Origin: a virus
Direction: 5' to 3' (one strand)
Virus record (IMG/VR): IMGVR_UViG_3300027759_000003
Location: 32,001-96,000 of that record
Length of the DNA: 64,000 nt
Both the position numbers and the translations under genes were made by a program. The notes below the pieces were generated by a model. That model was not told the origin of the DNA, made no database searches, and was given only the letters and a program-made list of their open reading frames with translations. Below are positions 1 through 10,309 of the stretch, piece by piece (within the stretch, counting starts at the first letter, position 1; each line of letters opens with the position of its first letter).

Positions 1-159
1 GCATCTATACATATGGGGCAACCAAGAAAAGACGGGTTAATAACAAATAATATGACGCCTACGAACCAAGAGTTGACACGACGAATGGGAAAAGGTATAC
101 TTACATATACAAAGACAGATGACGGAAGGTATATTCCAATCTGGTCTGAAAACATTTAA
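1..159 (+). CDS. 3' end of a phage protein truncated by the window edge (...HMGQPRKDGLITNNMTP...DGRYIPIWSENI*)
   Basis: Frame 1 is open from base 1 to TAA at 157-159, directly upstream of the replication operon. Confidence 0.6.
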   Translation, partial: ASIHMGQPRKDGLITNNMTPTNQELTRRMGKGILTYTKTDDGRYIPIWSENI

Positions 160-178
160 AATAGAGAAAAGGTGGGGT

Positions 179-391
179 ATGGAAAACGATAATACAAAAG
201 TATCAGTAACTCTAGGATATACACTTAATCTGGGTAACTTCCAGTCTTTAAGAATTGATCTAGGGGTTGTTGACTCTAAGCGTGATGGTGAAAACTCAGA
301 TCAGGCTTTTGATAGAGTCTATAAGTTTGTTGAAGACAAACTAACTGAAAAAATTCAAGAGGCACAATTAGAGGCTGATAGCAAAGACTAA
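179..391 (+). CDS. Conserved phage hypothetical protein
   Basis: ATG at 179 after a G-rich RBS; VTLGYTLNLGNFQSLRID motif; coupled to the next gene. Confidence 0.7.
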   Translation: MENDNTKVSVTLGYTLNLGNFQSLRIDLGVVDSKRDGENSDQAFDRVYKFVEDKLTEKIQEAQLEADSKD

Positions 392-699
392 TGGCTGAAC
401 GCAAAGACCGCATGGCTTTGCTTAGTAGGTACAGCAAGTTACATACAGCAAAGTATGAGCAAAAGCCATCTTTAAATTTAAATGTAGAGCAATGGTCTGC
501 TGATGCCTTAGTAGAGTCCTATGGTATTTCTGGTTGTTATGATTTGCTAGAATATTATTTTAGTATTGCACAAGAACCAAGTTGGAATTACTTTGCATAT
601 AATGCAGAAAAGATTATTAACGGTAAACTAGATTTTGAAAAAGATACATTAGAACGAATAGAGCGAAGAAAGTTAGCAAGGAGGTGGCTCAGTGAATAA
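391..699 (+). CDS. Hypothetical protein, possibly helicase-loader-like by position
   Basis: 102-aa ORF overlapping both neighbours, immediately before DnaB. Confidence 0.6.
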   Translation: MAERKDRMALLSRYSKLHTAKYEQKPSLNLNVEQWSADALVESYGISGCYDLLEYYFSIAQEPSWNYFAYNAEKIINGKLDFEKDTLERIERRKLARRWLSE

Positions 700-1915
700 T
701 ACAGAAGCAAGAGTTATCTCAGCATTATTACAAGACAAACAAATGCACGTACTTCTACAGGCTAATGTTGAAAACCTTCTTAGGACTCATAATGATGTTT
801 GGAATTTTATAAGGTTGTATTTTGAAAATAATAGTGTAGTTCCTCCAACCTCTTTGGTTGTAGAAAAGTTTAGAGACTTCCAGCCAGTAGAGAATGTTGG
901 TGCAACTAAACACCATCTTGAAGAGTTACAGACTGAATACTTAAACGATAGCCTAAAGGATATTTTAAGATCTGCAGCAGGAGAAGTTCAAACTGGTAAT
1001 GGCACAGAAGCCCTTAATGGTCTTATTACAAAAACATCTGAACTAAAAAAGAATGCATCTGCCATACGTGATATTGATGCAACAGACCTAGAGTCTGCCG
1101 TTGCATATTTTGAAAAGATTAAAGAACAAAAAGAGACTGGTCAAATTGGAATTAAAACAGGTTTACCAGGATTTGATAACTACCTACCTTCTGGAATTAT
1201 GCCAGGACAACTAGGTGTCTTTTTGGCTTATCCTGGAATTGGTAAATCATGGCTAGCACTTTACTTTGCAGTCCAAGCATGGAAACAAGGTAAGTCTCCA
1301 TTAGTTATTTCTTTAGAAATGTCTGAGACAGAAGTTCGTAATCGTGTGTTTGCTATTATGGGTGAAGGTCTTTGGTCTCATCGCAAACTTAGCAATGGTG
1401 AAGTTGAAATTGATATGTTAAAGAATTGGCATAAAAATAAAATAGAAGGCAAACCAGAGTTTCATATTATATCTAATGATAGTGGTGGAGAAGTAAGCCC
1501 ATCTGTTATTCGTGGAAAGATTGATCAGTATAAACCAGACTTTATAATTGTAGACTATTTACAACTTATGGCTCCAAACCAAAAATCTGAGAATGAGACA
1601 GTTAGAATGAAAAACCTTTCTCGTGAATTAAAGTTAATGGCTATATCAGAAGAGGTTCCAATTATTGCTATTTCATCTGCTACGCCTGACGATGTAAAAG
1701 ATTTAAGCAGCGCACCAACACTTGGTCAGACTGCATGGTCTAGACAAATTGCTTACGATGCTGACTGGGTTATGGCATTAGGTCGTGCTACAAACAGTGA
1801 TATTATTGAATGTGTATTTAGAAAAAATCGTAACGGTTTTATGGGAGACTTTTTAGTACAAGTAGATTTTGACAAAGGTTATTACAGATATAAGGATTAC
1901 GAAGATGGTAAATAA
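692..1915 (+). CDS. dnaB: DnaB-like replicative helicase
   Basis: Walker A AYPGIGKS, SLEMSE, IIVDYLQLM, QIAYDADWV and KNRNG SF4 motifs. Confidence 0.95.
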   Translation: MNNTEARVISALLQDKQMHVLLQANVENLLRTHNDVWNFIRLYFENNSVVPPTSLVVEKFRDFQPVENVGATKHHLEELQTEYLNDSLKDILRSAAGEVQTGNGTEALNGLITKTSELKKNASAIRDIDATDLESAVAYFEKIKEQKETGQIGIKTGLPGFDNYLPSGIMPGQLGVFLAYPGIGKSWLALYFAVQAWKQGKSPLVISLEMSETEVRNRVFAIMGEGLWSHRKLSNGEVEIDMLKNWHKNKIEGKPEFHIISNDSGGEVSPSVIRGKIDQYKPDFIIVDYLQLMAPNQKSENETVRMKNLSRELKLMAISEEVPIIAISSATPDDVKDLSSAPTLGQTAWSRQIAYDADWVMALGRATNSDIIECVFRKNRNGFMGDFLVQVDFDKGYYRYKDYEDGK

Positions 1916-2828
1916 CATTTATAGTAAAGAACAAATACAAAGAGTGCTTAGTGGTGCAGGTATTGATGTTGAAGCAGAGTTTGGCAATGATTACATAATC
2001 TATTGTCCATATCATAATAACACTAGAACTCCTGCTGCCGAAGTTGCAAAAGATAGTGGATTGTTTTTTTGTTTTGGATGTCAAACAACTAAAAACCTTG
2101 AAGAATTTATCATGTTTGTAACTGGTAGAACTTATTTTGAAGCAGCACGGTATATAAAAAGCAAACAAACAGAAACTAATATTGAGAGTGTAATTAATAA
2201 AGCAATGTATGCTCCACCAGATTTTGTTCAGTATGACGAGGTGTTAATTAAAAGATTAAATAATCAGGCTCTAGAGTCTCCAAGAGCAATGAGATATTAT
2301 GCTGGAAGATACATAACAGAAGATTCAGTTAAAAAATTTGGACTTGGCTATTCAGAAAAACAAGATATGTTGACTATACCAGTTCACTCTCCAGATGGAT
2401 TAACACTTGGCTTTGTTGGTCGATCTGTAGAAGGTAAAGAGTTTAAAAATACTCCAGGACTTCCAAAAGGTAAAATATTGTTTAACTTACACAGGATTAA
2501 AGCATCCAGTATTGTGTATGTAGTTGAATCATCTTTTGATGCTATAAGGCTAGACCAAGTAGGATTCCCAGCAGTGGCAACTCTGGGGGCTAACGTATCT
2601 GCATCACAGATCAAACTGTTAGCAAAATACTTCAACAATGTTGTTCTTGTTGCAGACAATGACGAGGCTGGTTCAATAATGAAAGATAAGTTAATTGAAA
2701 AACTTGGCTCATTAGTGACCGTAATAAACATAGATAAAAAATATAAAGATATAGGCGATATGGATGATGAGGCAATTCGAAGCATAGAGTTTCAATTTGA
2801 CAAATCTATATCAACTATGTTAAACTAA
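1905..2828 (+). CDS. dnaG: DNA primase (CHC2 zinc finger + TOPRIM)
   Basis: CPYH...FFCFGC zinc finger; VVESSFDAI and ADNDEAG TOPRIM motifs; ATG at 1905 preferred. Confidence 0.93.
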   Translation: MVNNIYSKEQIQRVLSGAGIDVEAEFGNDYIIYCPYHNNTRTPAAEVAKDSGLFFCFGCQTTKNLEEFIMFVTGRTYFEAARYIKSKQTETNIESVINKAMYAPPDFVQYDEVLIKRLNNQALESPRAMRYYAGRYITEDSVKKFGLGYSEKQDMLTIPVHSPDGLTLGFVGRSVEGKEFKNTPGLPKGKILFNLHRIKASSIVYVVESSFDAIRLDQVGFPAVATLGANVSASQIKLLAKYFNNVVLVADNDEAGSIMKDKLIEKLGSLVTVINIDKKYKDIGDMDDEAIRSIEFQFDKSISTMLN

Positions 2829-2850
2829 TATAACAAACGAAGGAGAATAT

Positions 2851-3507
2851 ATGAGCGTAGTAAAGGGACTAAAAAATATAAATGCCCTGCTCGAAAAACC
2901 AAAATATGATGAAAACTCTCCAAAGGTAAGATGGTTAAAAATTGCCGATGGACAAGCAGTAAAAATCCGTTTCATTGAAGAACTAGATGAAGACTCTGCA
3001 AATTATAATGCAGACCGTGGTCTTGCTCTAGTCGTTAAGGAACATACAAATCCAAAAGACTACAAGCGCAAGGCTGTAGACACAATGGAATCAGAAGGTC
3101 GTGACTGGGCAGAAGAAATGCATCGCAAAGATGTAAAGGCTGGCTGGAGAGCACGTCTTCGTTTCTATTGCAATGTTTTAGTCGACGATGGCATTGAAGC
3201 ACCGTATGTGGCTATTTGGTCAATGGGTGTTAGCAAGCAATCAGCATTTAATACAATTCGTGAGTATGCACTTGAAACAGGTAGCATCTCAAACGTAGTC
3301 TGGAAAGTAAAGCGAAATGGTCAGGGTACTGAAACAAGTTACACAACCATTCCAGGTGCACCAGATACAGAACCATTTGACTGGTCAGCATTTAAGCCTT
3401 ATCCTCTTGAGTTAGCATTAAAGAAAATTCCTTATGCTGAACAAGAAGCATTCTACTTAGGCTTTGACGGTCCAACAACTTCATCTGCTACCAACGTAGA
3501 CTGGTAA
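2851..3507 (+). CDS. Single-stranded DNA-binding protein (phage type)
   Basis: Lies between primase and polymerase; KVKRNGQGTETSY motif; acidic/aromatic C-terminus (NVDW); strong AGGAG RBS. Confidence 0.75.
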   Translation: MSVVKGLKNINALLEKPKYDENSPKVRWLKIADGQAVKIRFIEELDEDSANYNADRGLALVVKEHTNPKDYKRKAVDTMESEGRDWAEEMHRKDVKAGWRARLRFYCNVLVDDGIEAPYVAIWSMGVSKQSAFNTIREYALETGSISNVVWKVKRNGQGTETSYTTIPGAPDTEPFDWSAFKPYPLELALKKIPYAEQEAFYLGFDGPTTSSATNVDW

Positions 3508-3510
3508 TAG

Positions 3511-6500
3511 ATGAACTATGTAGGCTTACATGTTCATACTCACTACTCCCTATTTGACGGCATAGCAACTCCACAAGAGTATGTAGACCGTGCTAGCAAG
3601 TTGGGTATGAACGCTCTTGCAATTACAGATCACGGTACACTTTCTGGTCACAGAGAGTTGTATCGTGCTGCAAAAGAAAAGGGTATTAAGCCAATCCTTG
3701 GTTTAGAAGGATACATGTGTGCAGATATATCTGATAAAAGAGATAAGTCTGAAAGAGAAGGTCAACAAGATCTTGTCTATAACCACATTGTCCTTCTAGC
3801 CAAGAACCAAAAAGGTTTGGAAAACCTTAACAAGATTAGTGAAATTGCATGGACAGATGGGTTTTTTAAAAAACCAAGGTTTGACTTTGAGATTCTTAAA
3901 AAGTATAAAGAAGGAATTATTGTAACCTCTGCTTGTCCTAGTAGCGTTATTGTTAAAGCACTGGAAGAGCAAGAGTTTGCAATTGCTAAAAAGAACATTA
4001 ACTGGTTTAAAGATAACTTTGGTAGCGATTACTATATTGAGGTTATGCCACACAACACACCAGAAATAAATAAATATCTTATTGAACTTGCTGATGAGTT
4101 TGATATAAAGGTTGTTGTTACACCAGACTGTCATCATTCAGATACATTGCAAAAAGAAATACAAGAATTTAAGTTAATTTTAAATACACATGGAAAAATA
4201 AACAAAGAAGCAACATACGAAAAGTCTAAAAAGAAAACAGATATGATGGAAAGACTTGACTATTTATACGGAGAAGACCGCCAAATAACATTTAATAAAT
4301 TTGATATCCATCTATTATCTTATGAAGAAATTAAGGCAGCAATGGAACTGCAGGGTATTGATCGACCAGACATATACTCAAACACAATACTTTTAGCAGA
4401 TACAGTAGAAGACTATGACATTAAAGATGGGCTAAATCTTTTACCAGTTCAATATAAAAACCCAGATCAAGAGTTAGCAAACTTAGCGTTTGCAGGACTT
4501 GAAAAATATCGGCTTACCGACAACTGGCTTGGAAATGATATTTATGAACAAAGACTTGACGAAGAGTTAGAAATTATTCGTAATAAAAAATTTGCACCAT
4601 ATTTTCTTGTAGTAAGCAATATGATTAATTGGGCTAAGAAAGAAGGTGTTTTAGTTGGTCCAGGTCGTGGATCATCTGCTGGTTCTTTAGTTTGTTATTT
4701 ACTTGGTATTACAACAATTGATCCAATAGAACATGGTCTTTTGTTTTTCCGTTTTATTAATCCAGAACGTAACGACTTTCCTGATATCGATACGGACATT
4801 CAAGATACTCGTCGTGATGAAGTAAAAGATTATTTAGTTAGACAGTATAGACACGTAGCATCTATTGCTACATTCCTTGAGTTTAAAGATAAAGGTGTTG
4901 TAAGAGATGTTGCACGAGTTTTAGATATACCATTAACAGATGTTAACAAAGTATTAAAGTTAGTCGATACTTGGGATGAATATTGTACCTCTAAAACTAC
5001 ACTGTGGTTTAGAGAAAAATATCCAGAGGTGGAGATTTATGGAGAACAATTACGTGGTCGTATTAGAGGTACTGGCATTCATGCTGCTGGTGTGGTTACT
5101 AGTAAGGATCCAATATTTAGGTATGCGCCATTGGAAACTCGCTCTTCTCCTGGATCCGATGATCGCATTCCTGTGGTTGGTGTTGATATGGAAGAGGCTG
5201 AAAAGATTGGTCTTATTAAAATTGACGCATTAGGTCTTAAAACTTTAAGCGTAGTAAAAGATGCTATTGATATGATTAAACAAAATCACTACAAAGACAT
5301 CGATCTTTTATCAATTGATATGGCAGATCCCAAAGTATATGAGATGCTTTCAGACGGGTATACAAAAGGTGTATTCCAGTGTGAAGCAACACCATATACA
5401 AACCTCTTAGTAAAAATGGGAGTAAAGAACTTTAATGAGTTGGCAGCATCAAATGCTTTAGTTCGTCCAGGTGCTATGAATACTATTGGTAAAGACTATA
5501 TTGCTCGTAAGCATGGTAAGCAGAATGTTTCCTATACCCACCAAATTATGAAAGAATTCACAGATGATACATATGGGTGTATCCTGTATCAAGAGCAAGT
5601 TATGCAGGCTTGTGTTCACCTAGGTGGAATGTCAATGTCTGATGCTGACAAGGTACGTAAAATTATTGGAAAGAAGAAAGATGCAAAAGAGTTCGATATT
5701 TATAAAGAACGTTTTATTACTGGCGCTTCTGCCTATATTGCTCCCAATCAGGCTCGTGATCTATGGCATGACTTTGAGGCGCATGCGGGATACTCGTTCA
5801 ACAAGTCTCATGCGGTTGCTTACTCTACGCTCTCGTATTGGACGGCGTGGTTAAAATACTACTATCCACTTGAGTTTATGTTTGCCCTTCTTAAAAATGA
5901 GAAGGATAAAGACGGTAGAACAGAATATCTAATTGAAGCAAAACGTATGGGCATATCAGTTAAACTACCTCATATAAATGATTCAGATCTTGATTTTAAA
6001 ATTGAAGGTAAGGGCATAAGGTTTGGGCTAACAGGAATTAAGTTTATTTCTAATAACATTGCTGAAAAATATATTGCTGCTCGTCCATTTAAAACATACA
6101 AAGAACTTGAAGAATTTACCTTTACAAAAGGTAATGGCGTAAACAGTAGAGCGCTTAACGCTCTTAGACTTATTGGTGCAGCAACCTTTGCCGATAATGA
6201 AAGAAACGATAGTGAGATTAAAGAAAATATTTATGAATACTTAAATTTACCAGAGTTTAACATAACAATTCCCTCACACTATTATGCATTTATTCAAGAC
6301 GTTGATTCATTTGAAGAAAAGGGATCATACATTTTAATGGGTATGGTTAAAACAATTAAACGAGGAAAGGGATGGTCACGAATTGAAATTCTTGACAAAA
6401 CTGGGAGTGTTGGTATATTTGATGAAGAAGCAACGACTATTGAGACGGGTCGTACTTATTTGGTTCTTGCTAATGATAATCGGATTGTCTCTGCAATTCC

Positions 6501-6798
6501 TGTTGATGAAATAAAAGAATCTTCAAATGCACTTGTTAAGTTTTTAGGTTACAAACAATTACCATATAGTGAAGAAGAAATGTTTGTAGTTTCTTTTAAA
6601 CCAAGAATTACAAAGGCTGGAAAGAAAATGGCTTCTTTAACTTTAGCAGATACGGCTAGAGACTTACACTCTGTTACAGTATTTCCTACTGCATTTCCTA
6701 AAGCATATATGCATATTGAAGAAGGTAAATCGTATAAATTTAGTTTTGGTAAAACCAAAGATGGAACCGTTATAATGGAGGATGTAAATGTCAGTTAG
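3511..6798 (+). CDS. dnaE: DNA polymerase III alpha subunit (DnaE-like)
   Basis: PHP domain HVHTHYSLFDG/AITDHG; GPGRGSSAGS, PDIDTD, HAAGVV, KIDALGL and YSFNKSH motifs. Confidence 0.97.
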   Translation: MNYVGLHVHTHYSLFDGIATPQEYVDRASKLGMNALAITDHGTLSGHRELYRAAKEKGIKPILGLEGYMCADISDKRDKSEREGQQDLVYNHIVLLAKNQKGLENLNKISEIAWTDGFFKKPRFDFEILKKYKEGIIVTSACPSSVIVKALEEQEFAIAKKNINWFKDNFGSDYYIEVMPHNTPEINKYLIELADEFDIKVVVTPDCHHSDTLQKEIQEFKLILNTHGKINKEATYEKSKKKTDMMERLDYLYGEDRQITFNKFDIHLLSYEEIKAAMELQGIDRPDIYSNTILLADTVEDYDIKDGLNLLPVQYKNPDQELANLAFAGLEKYRLTDNWLGNDIYEQRLDEELEIIRNKKFAPYFLVVSNMINWAKKEGVLVGPGRGSSAGSLVCYLLGITTIDPIEHGLLFFRFINPERNDFPDIDTDIQDTRRDEVKDYLVRQYRHVASIATFLEFKDKGVVRDVARVLDIPLTDVNKVLKLVDTWDEYCTSKTTLWFREKYPEVEIYGEQLRGRIRGTGIHAAGVVTSKDPIFRYAPLETRSSPGSDDRIPVVGVDMEEAEKIGLIKIDALGLKTLSVVKDAIDMIKQNHYKDIDLLSIDMADPKVYEMLSDGYTKGVFQCEATPYTNLLVKMGVKNFNELAASNALVRPGAMNTIGKDYIARKHGKQNVSYTHQIMKEFTDDTYGCILYQEQVMQACVHLGGMSMSDADKVRKIIGKKKDAKEFDIYKERFITGASAYIAPNQARDLWHDFEAHAGYSFNKSHAVAYSTLSYWTAWLKYYYPLEFMFALLKNEKDKDGRTEYLIEAKRMGISVKLPHINDSDLDFKIEGKGIRFGLTGIKFISNNIAEKYIAARPFKTYKELEEFTFTKGNGVNSRALNALRLIGAATFADNERNDSEIKENIYEYLNLPEFNITIPSHYYAFIQDVDSFEEKGSYILMGMVKTIKRGKGWSRIEILDKTGSVGIFDEEATTIETGRTYLVLANDNRIVSAIPVDEIKESSNALVKFLGYKQLPYSEEEMFVVSFKPRITKAGKKMASLTLADTARDLHSVTVFPTAFPKAYMHIEEGKSYKFSFGKTKDGTVIMEDVNVS

Positions 6799-7801
6799 TG
6801 TAGAAGATGTATTATCTCAATTAGATCCAAGACTTAGAAAACGACTTGGAACTGGCGAAGGTATTAGTTTTGATTATCAACCAACACCAAGTTTTGGATT
6901 AAACCGTGCCCTAGGCGGTGGACTACCATACGGTAGACAAGTCCTGGTATGGGGAAGTAAGTCATCGGCTAAGTCATCTATGTGTTTACAGATGATTGCT
7001 TTGGCGCAAGCAGAAGGCAAAGTTTGTGCATGGATTGATTCTGAAATGTCATACTCTGAGGATTGGGCAAAGAAATTAGGGGTTGATCCAACAAAATTAA
7101 TTTACTCTCAAGCAAGAACTATTAGCGATATGGTAGATGTTGGTGTTGGACTTATAAATGCTGGAGTGGATTTAATTGTCATTGACTCTATTACTTCTAT
7201 GCTTCCTGCTATATATTTTGAAAAAGATACAGATGAAATGAAGGCTTTAGAAAATACAAAACAGATTGGAGCGGAGTCTCGTGATTTTAGTAACGCTTGG
7301 AAAATGCTTAATTATGCAAATAATAAAGTTAAGCCAACTCTTTTGGTTCTTATTAGTCAAAGCCGTAACAATATTAGTGCTATGTATACTAGCCAGCAGC
7401 CTTCTGGTGGGCAGGCTACTAAATTCTATTCATCTTGTGTTATCAAGTTATTTTCCTCTGAGTCCGACAATCAGGCTATCAAAGGTAAGATTAAGGTTGG
7501 CGATAAACTCATTGAAGAAAAGATTGGTAGAAAGATTCGTTGGGAGTTACAATTTTCTAAAACGTCTCCTGGATTCCAATCTGGGGAATACGATTTCTAT
7601 TTCCGTGGAGATAATATTGGCATTGACGCTATTGGTGATCTTGTTGATACGGCTGAGTCAGTTGGTCTATTAAAAAGAACTGGAGCCTGGTATCAATTAG
7701 ATGACGGTACAAAGGTACAAGGAAGAGAAGGAATTATTAATAGAATAAAAGAAGATTTAGACTTACAACAACAATTAAGGACTAAACTAAGTAATGTCTA
7801 A
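6788..7801 (+). CDS. recA: RecA-like recombinase
   Basis: LGGGLPYGR, variant P-loop GSKSSAKS, WIDSE, VIDSIT, GGQATKFYSS and GAWY motifs. Confidence 0.9.
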   Translation: MSVSVEDVLSQLDPRLRKRLGTGEGISFDYQPTPSFGLNRALGGGLPYGRQVLVWGSKSSAKSSMCLQMIALAQAEGKVCAWIDSEMSYSEDWAKKLGVDPTKLIYSQARTISDMVDVGVGLINAGVDLIVIDSITSMLPAIYFEKDTDEMKALENTKQIGAESRDFSNAWKMLNYANNKVKPTLLVLISQSRNNISAMYTSQQPSGGQATKFYSSCVIKLFSSESDNQAIKGKIKVGDKLIEEKIGRKIRWELQFSKTSPGFQSGEYDFYFRGDNIGIDAIGDLVDTAESVGLLKRTGAWYQLDDGTKVQGREGIINRIKEDLDLQQQLRTKLSNV

Positions 7802-7976
7802 CAATTTTACAATATATCCAGGCAAGTTTCCATGCAAAACTTGTCAAGAAGAAGTTAATTCTTTAAGGTATTGGAGAGAAACTGGTGATGCAACCTGGAT
7901 GTGTTCTAAAAAACATATATCTAAAGTTGGGTTAATTCCACCAAAAAGAAAAAAGAAAGACTTTGCTAATGAGTGA
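7794..7976 (+). CDS. Small zinc-ribbon protein
   Basis: CKTC...CSKKH; coupled to recA. Confidence 0.6.
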   Translation: MSNNFTIYPGKFPCKTCQEEVNSLRYWRETGDATWMCSKKHISKVGLIPPKRKKKDFANE

Positions 7977-8259
7977 AAAAAGCGAGTCTAAAAGAATTGG
8001 GGCTAAACAACATAAAAACTCTGGTCGTAATAATAAAAAAGGCGATGCAACTTGGAGAAATTTTATAGTTGATTTTAAAGAAGTTGGAAAATCTTTTACA
8101 TTAAATAAAGATGTATGGGCTAAGGCTGTTACTGATTCAATAAAGTCGGGGATTGATAAGTCTCCAGCAATTGTTGTAATACTTGGAGAAGGTAATACAA
8201 AGGTAAGGCTTGCTATAATTGAAATGGATCTTTTAGAACAACTAACGGAGGGTAAGTAA
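7969..8259 (+). CDS. Putative Holliday junction resolvase (PD-(D/E)XK type)
   Basis: NSGR..KGD....FIVDFKE motif. Confidence 0.65.
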   Translation: MSEKSESKRIGAKQHKNSGRNNKKGDATWRNFIVDFKEVGKSFTLNKDVWAKAVTDSIKSGIDKSPAIVVILGEGNTKVRLAIIEMDLLEQLTEGK

Positions 8260-8260
8260 A

Positions 8261-8578
8261 ATGATAGAGCAAGTTAAACAAACAGGAACAACTATAGATA
8301 TGGTCAATGGTTTGACTGAGATTGCTGACTATATGAATGACGAAGAGTTAACAACCGCCTTAACAATGATTGCTAAATTAATCATTAAACCAGATGTTCC
8401 GTTTAATGTTGCTACTGTTGAAATTGTAAGACTTCAGGCAATTGCAGCAAAGATGTCATTCAAGGCAACCTGGATGGCTAATGTAGATAAAGGCGATAGG
8501 GCAAAGAAAAACATATATTTCACGGCAGCAGAATCAATTAACAACTTAGTGTCAGCACTTAAATACATAATACGCTAA
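8261..8578 (+). CDS. Conserved phage hypothetical protein
   Basis: GGAGG RBS; 105-aa helical ORF in the operon. Confidence 0.65.
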   Translation: MIEQVKQTGTTIDMVNGLTEIADYMNDEELTTALTMIAKLIIKPDVPFNVATVEIVRLQAIAAKMSFKATWMANVDKGDRAKKNIYFTAAESINNLVSALKYIIR

Positions 8579-8609
8579 CCTGGTATACTTATATAAACAA
8601 AGGATAAAA

Positions 8610-9455
8610 ATGAGTAAAAACTTACTAAAACAAATTATGATTAAAACAGATGAACCAAAACATAACGAAGATATTGGGTATACAGAAGGATTAGTAGACG
8701 CTATTCAACAAGGATATGTAGCAGATATTAAACCAAAGTTTACTAAGAAATATTCTTTTTCTCCATCAACACTTACTTATGGTGCTGGAGAGTGTGCAAG
8801 GTTTTGGTATCTTGCTTTTGATGGCGCAGTGTTTTATGATAATGCTGACCCATATGGTGTAGCAAATAGGACAAGTGGTTCTTTAAGCCATGATCGAATT
8901 CAAGATGCAATGATTAAAGCAGATATCTTAGATAAAAATATGGAGTTTGAAACAGAGCGTAAATATGGCAAACAAAAACATCCAGCATTAGAGTTTACAG
9001 TTAAGGTAGATGATCCTCCTATCTTTGGCTATGGAGATGTAATGCTTGACTATAAAGGTGAATCAATTCTTGGTGAAATTAAAACAATGCCAAACGATGG
9101 ATTTGAATATAAAAAAGCAAATAGAAAAGCAAAAGGCAAACACCTTATGCAATTACTAATGTATATGAAGGTATTAAAAAAAGATAAAGGTGTTTTAATT
9201 TATGAAAATAAAAATAATCATGAATTATTAACTTTGCCAGTATTAGTAAATGATGAATATCGTAACTGGGTTAATTACGCTTTTGACTGGATGAAACAAG
9301 TTCGCAAGGCTTGGACAGATAGAGATATTCCAGTAAAAACATATAGAGCAAACTCAAAAATTTGTAAAGTTTGTCCTATCCAAAAAGCCTGTGCAGAGGC
9401 AGAAGTAGGGGTTTTAAAAATTAAACCTCTTGAGGAATTAAGTGAAACTATGTGA
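8610..9455 (+). CDS. Cas4-like / PD-(D/E)XK exonuclease
   Basis: SPS...ECAR, GYGD...GEIKT, QLLMYM and a C-terminal CKVCP...C cluster. Confidence 0.85.
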   Translation: MSKNLLKQIMIKTDEPKHNEDIGYTEGLVDAIQQGYVADIKPKFTKKYSFSPSTLTYGAGECARFWYLAFDGAVFYDNADPYGVANRTSGSLSHDRIQDAMIKADILDKNMEFETERKYGKQKHPALEFTVKVDDPPIFGYGDVMLDYKGESILGEIKTMPNDGFEYKKANRKAKGKHLMQLLMYMKVLKKDKGVLIYENKNNHELLTLPVLVNDEYRNWVNYAFDWMKQVRKAWTDRDIPVKTYRANSKICKVCPIQKACAEAEVGVLKIKPLEELSETM

Positions 9456-9732
9456 TCGATGTGATAAGGCATTTAATCCCAAAGTAAGTTATCAAATTTA
9501 CTGCGGGATTGAGTGTAGAGACATTGCAACAAAAGATAAAATTGTGCAACGCTACCACATAACTCGTAGACAAAAAAGAATTGGCAAGGTAAGAAGATGC
9601 CTTGGTGGTTGTGGCGTAGACCTATCAATTTATAACGACTCTGGATTTTGTTCAAATTGTAATGTAAGTAAAAAAAATGTTGATAAAATGTTAAAACAAA
9701 TAAAGGGATTTTTTGATTATGAACAAGACTAA
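9442..9732 (+). CDS. Cys-rich zinc-binding protein
   Basis: CDRC, YCGIEC, CLGGC and CSNC motifs. Confidence 0.65.
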   Translation: MKLCDRCDKAFNPKVSYQIYCGIECRDIATKDKIVQRYHITRRQKRIGKVRRCLGGCGVDLSIYNDSGFCSNCNVSKKNVDKMLKQIKGFFDYEQD

Positions 9733-10309
9733 ATGGGGTGCAGCAGTGGAACCAAATAAAATATGTGCCATTGATGCTAGTACTAACAGTCTTGCTTTTG
9801 CGTTATTTGAAAATAAAAAACTTGGGACTATTGGAAAAATAAAATTTGAAGGTAATACTAATTATGAAAAAGTAATGGACGCTTGTGCTAAAACAAAAGC
9901 ATTTTTTGAATACTCTGGTGGATTTGAAGCAATAGTAATTGAACACACAGTCTTTATGAATAGTCCTAAGACTGCTGCAGATCTTGCATTGGTTCAAGGT
10001 GCACTGCTTGGTGCAGCAGGGCTAACTGGAACAAAACAAATAGGAACCGTAGCCCCAATTACCTGGCAAAACTATTTAGGAAATAAAAAATTAAGTAAAG
10101 AAGAACAACTAGAAATTAGATTAAAAAATCCTGGAAAATCAATCTCTTGGTATAAAACATTTGAACGGCAGATAAGAAAAGAAAGGACAATGAAATTAAT
10201 TGAAATCAACTATGATAAAATCATTAACGATAATGACGTTGCTGACGCTTGTGGTATCGGTCACTGGGCTATTAATAATTGGAATAAAGCAGTAGGAGGA
10301 ATAGAATAA
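9719..10309 (+). CDS. RuvC-like resolvase
   Basis: ICAIDASTNSLAFA, IVIEH and C-terminal DNDVADACGIG catalytic motifs. Confidence 0.8.
   Translation: MNKTKWGAAVEPNKICAIDASTNSLAFALFENKKLGTIGKIKFEGNTNYEKVMDACAKTKAFFEYSGGFEAIVIEHTVFMNSPKTAADLALVQGALLGAAGLTGTKQIGTVAPITWQNYLGNKKLSKEEQLEIRLKNPGKSISWYKTFERQIRKERTMKLIEINYDKIINDNDVADACGIGHWAINNWNKAVGGIE

Noticed and set aside
8610-9455. Cas4-like gene as evidence of a CRISPR-Cas system
   Set aside because: No other cas genes and no regularly spaced repeat-spacer array; stand-alone Cas4-like nucleases are routine in phage replication modules
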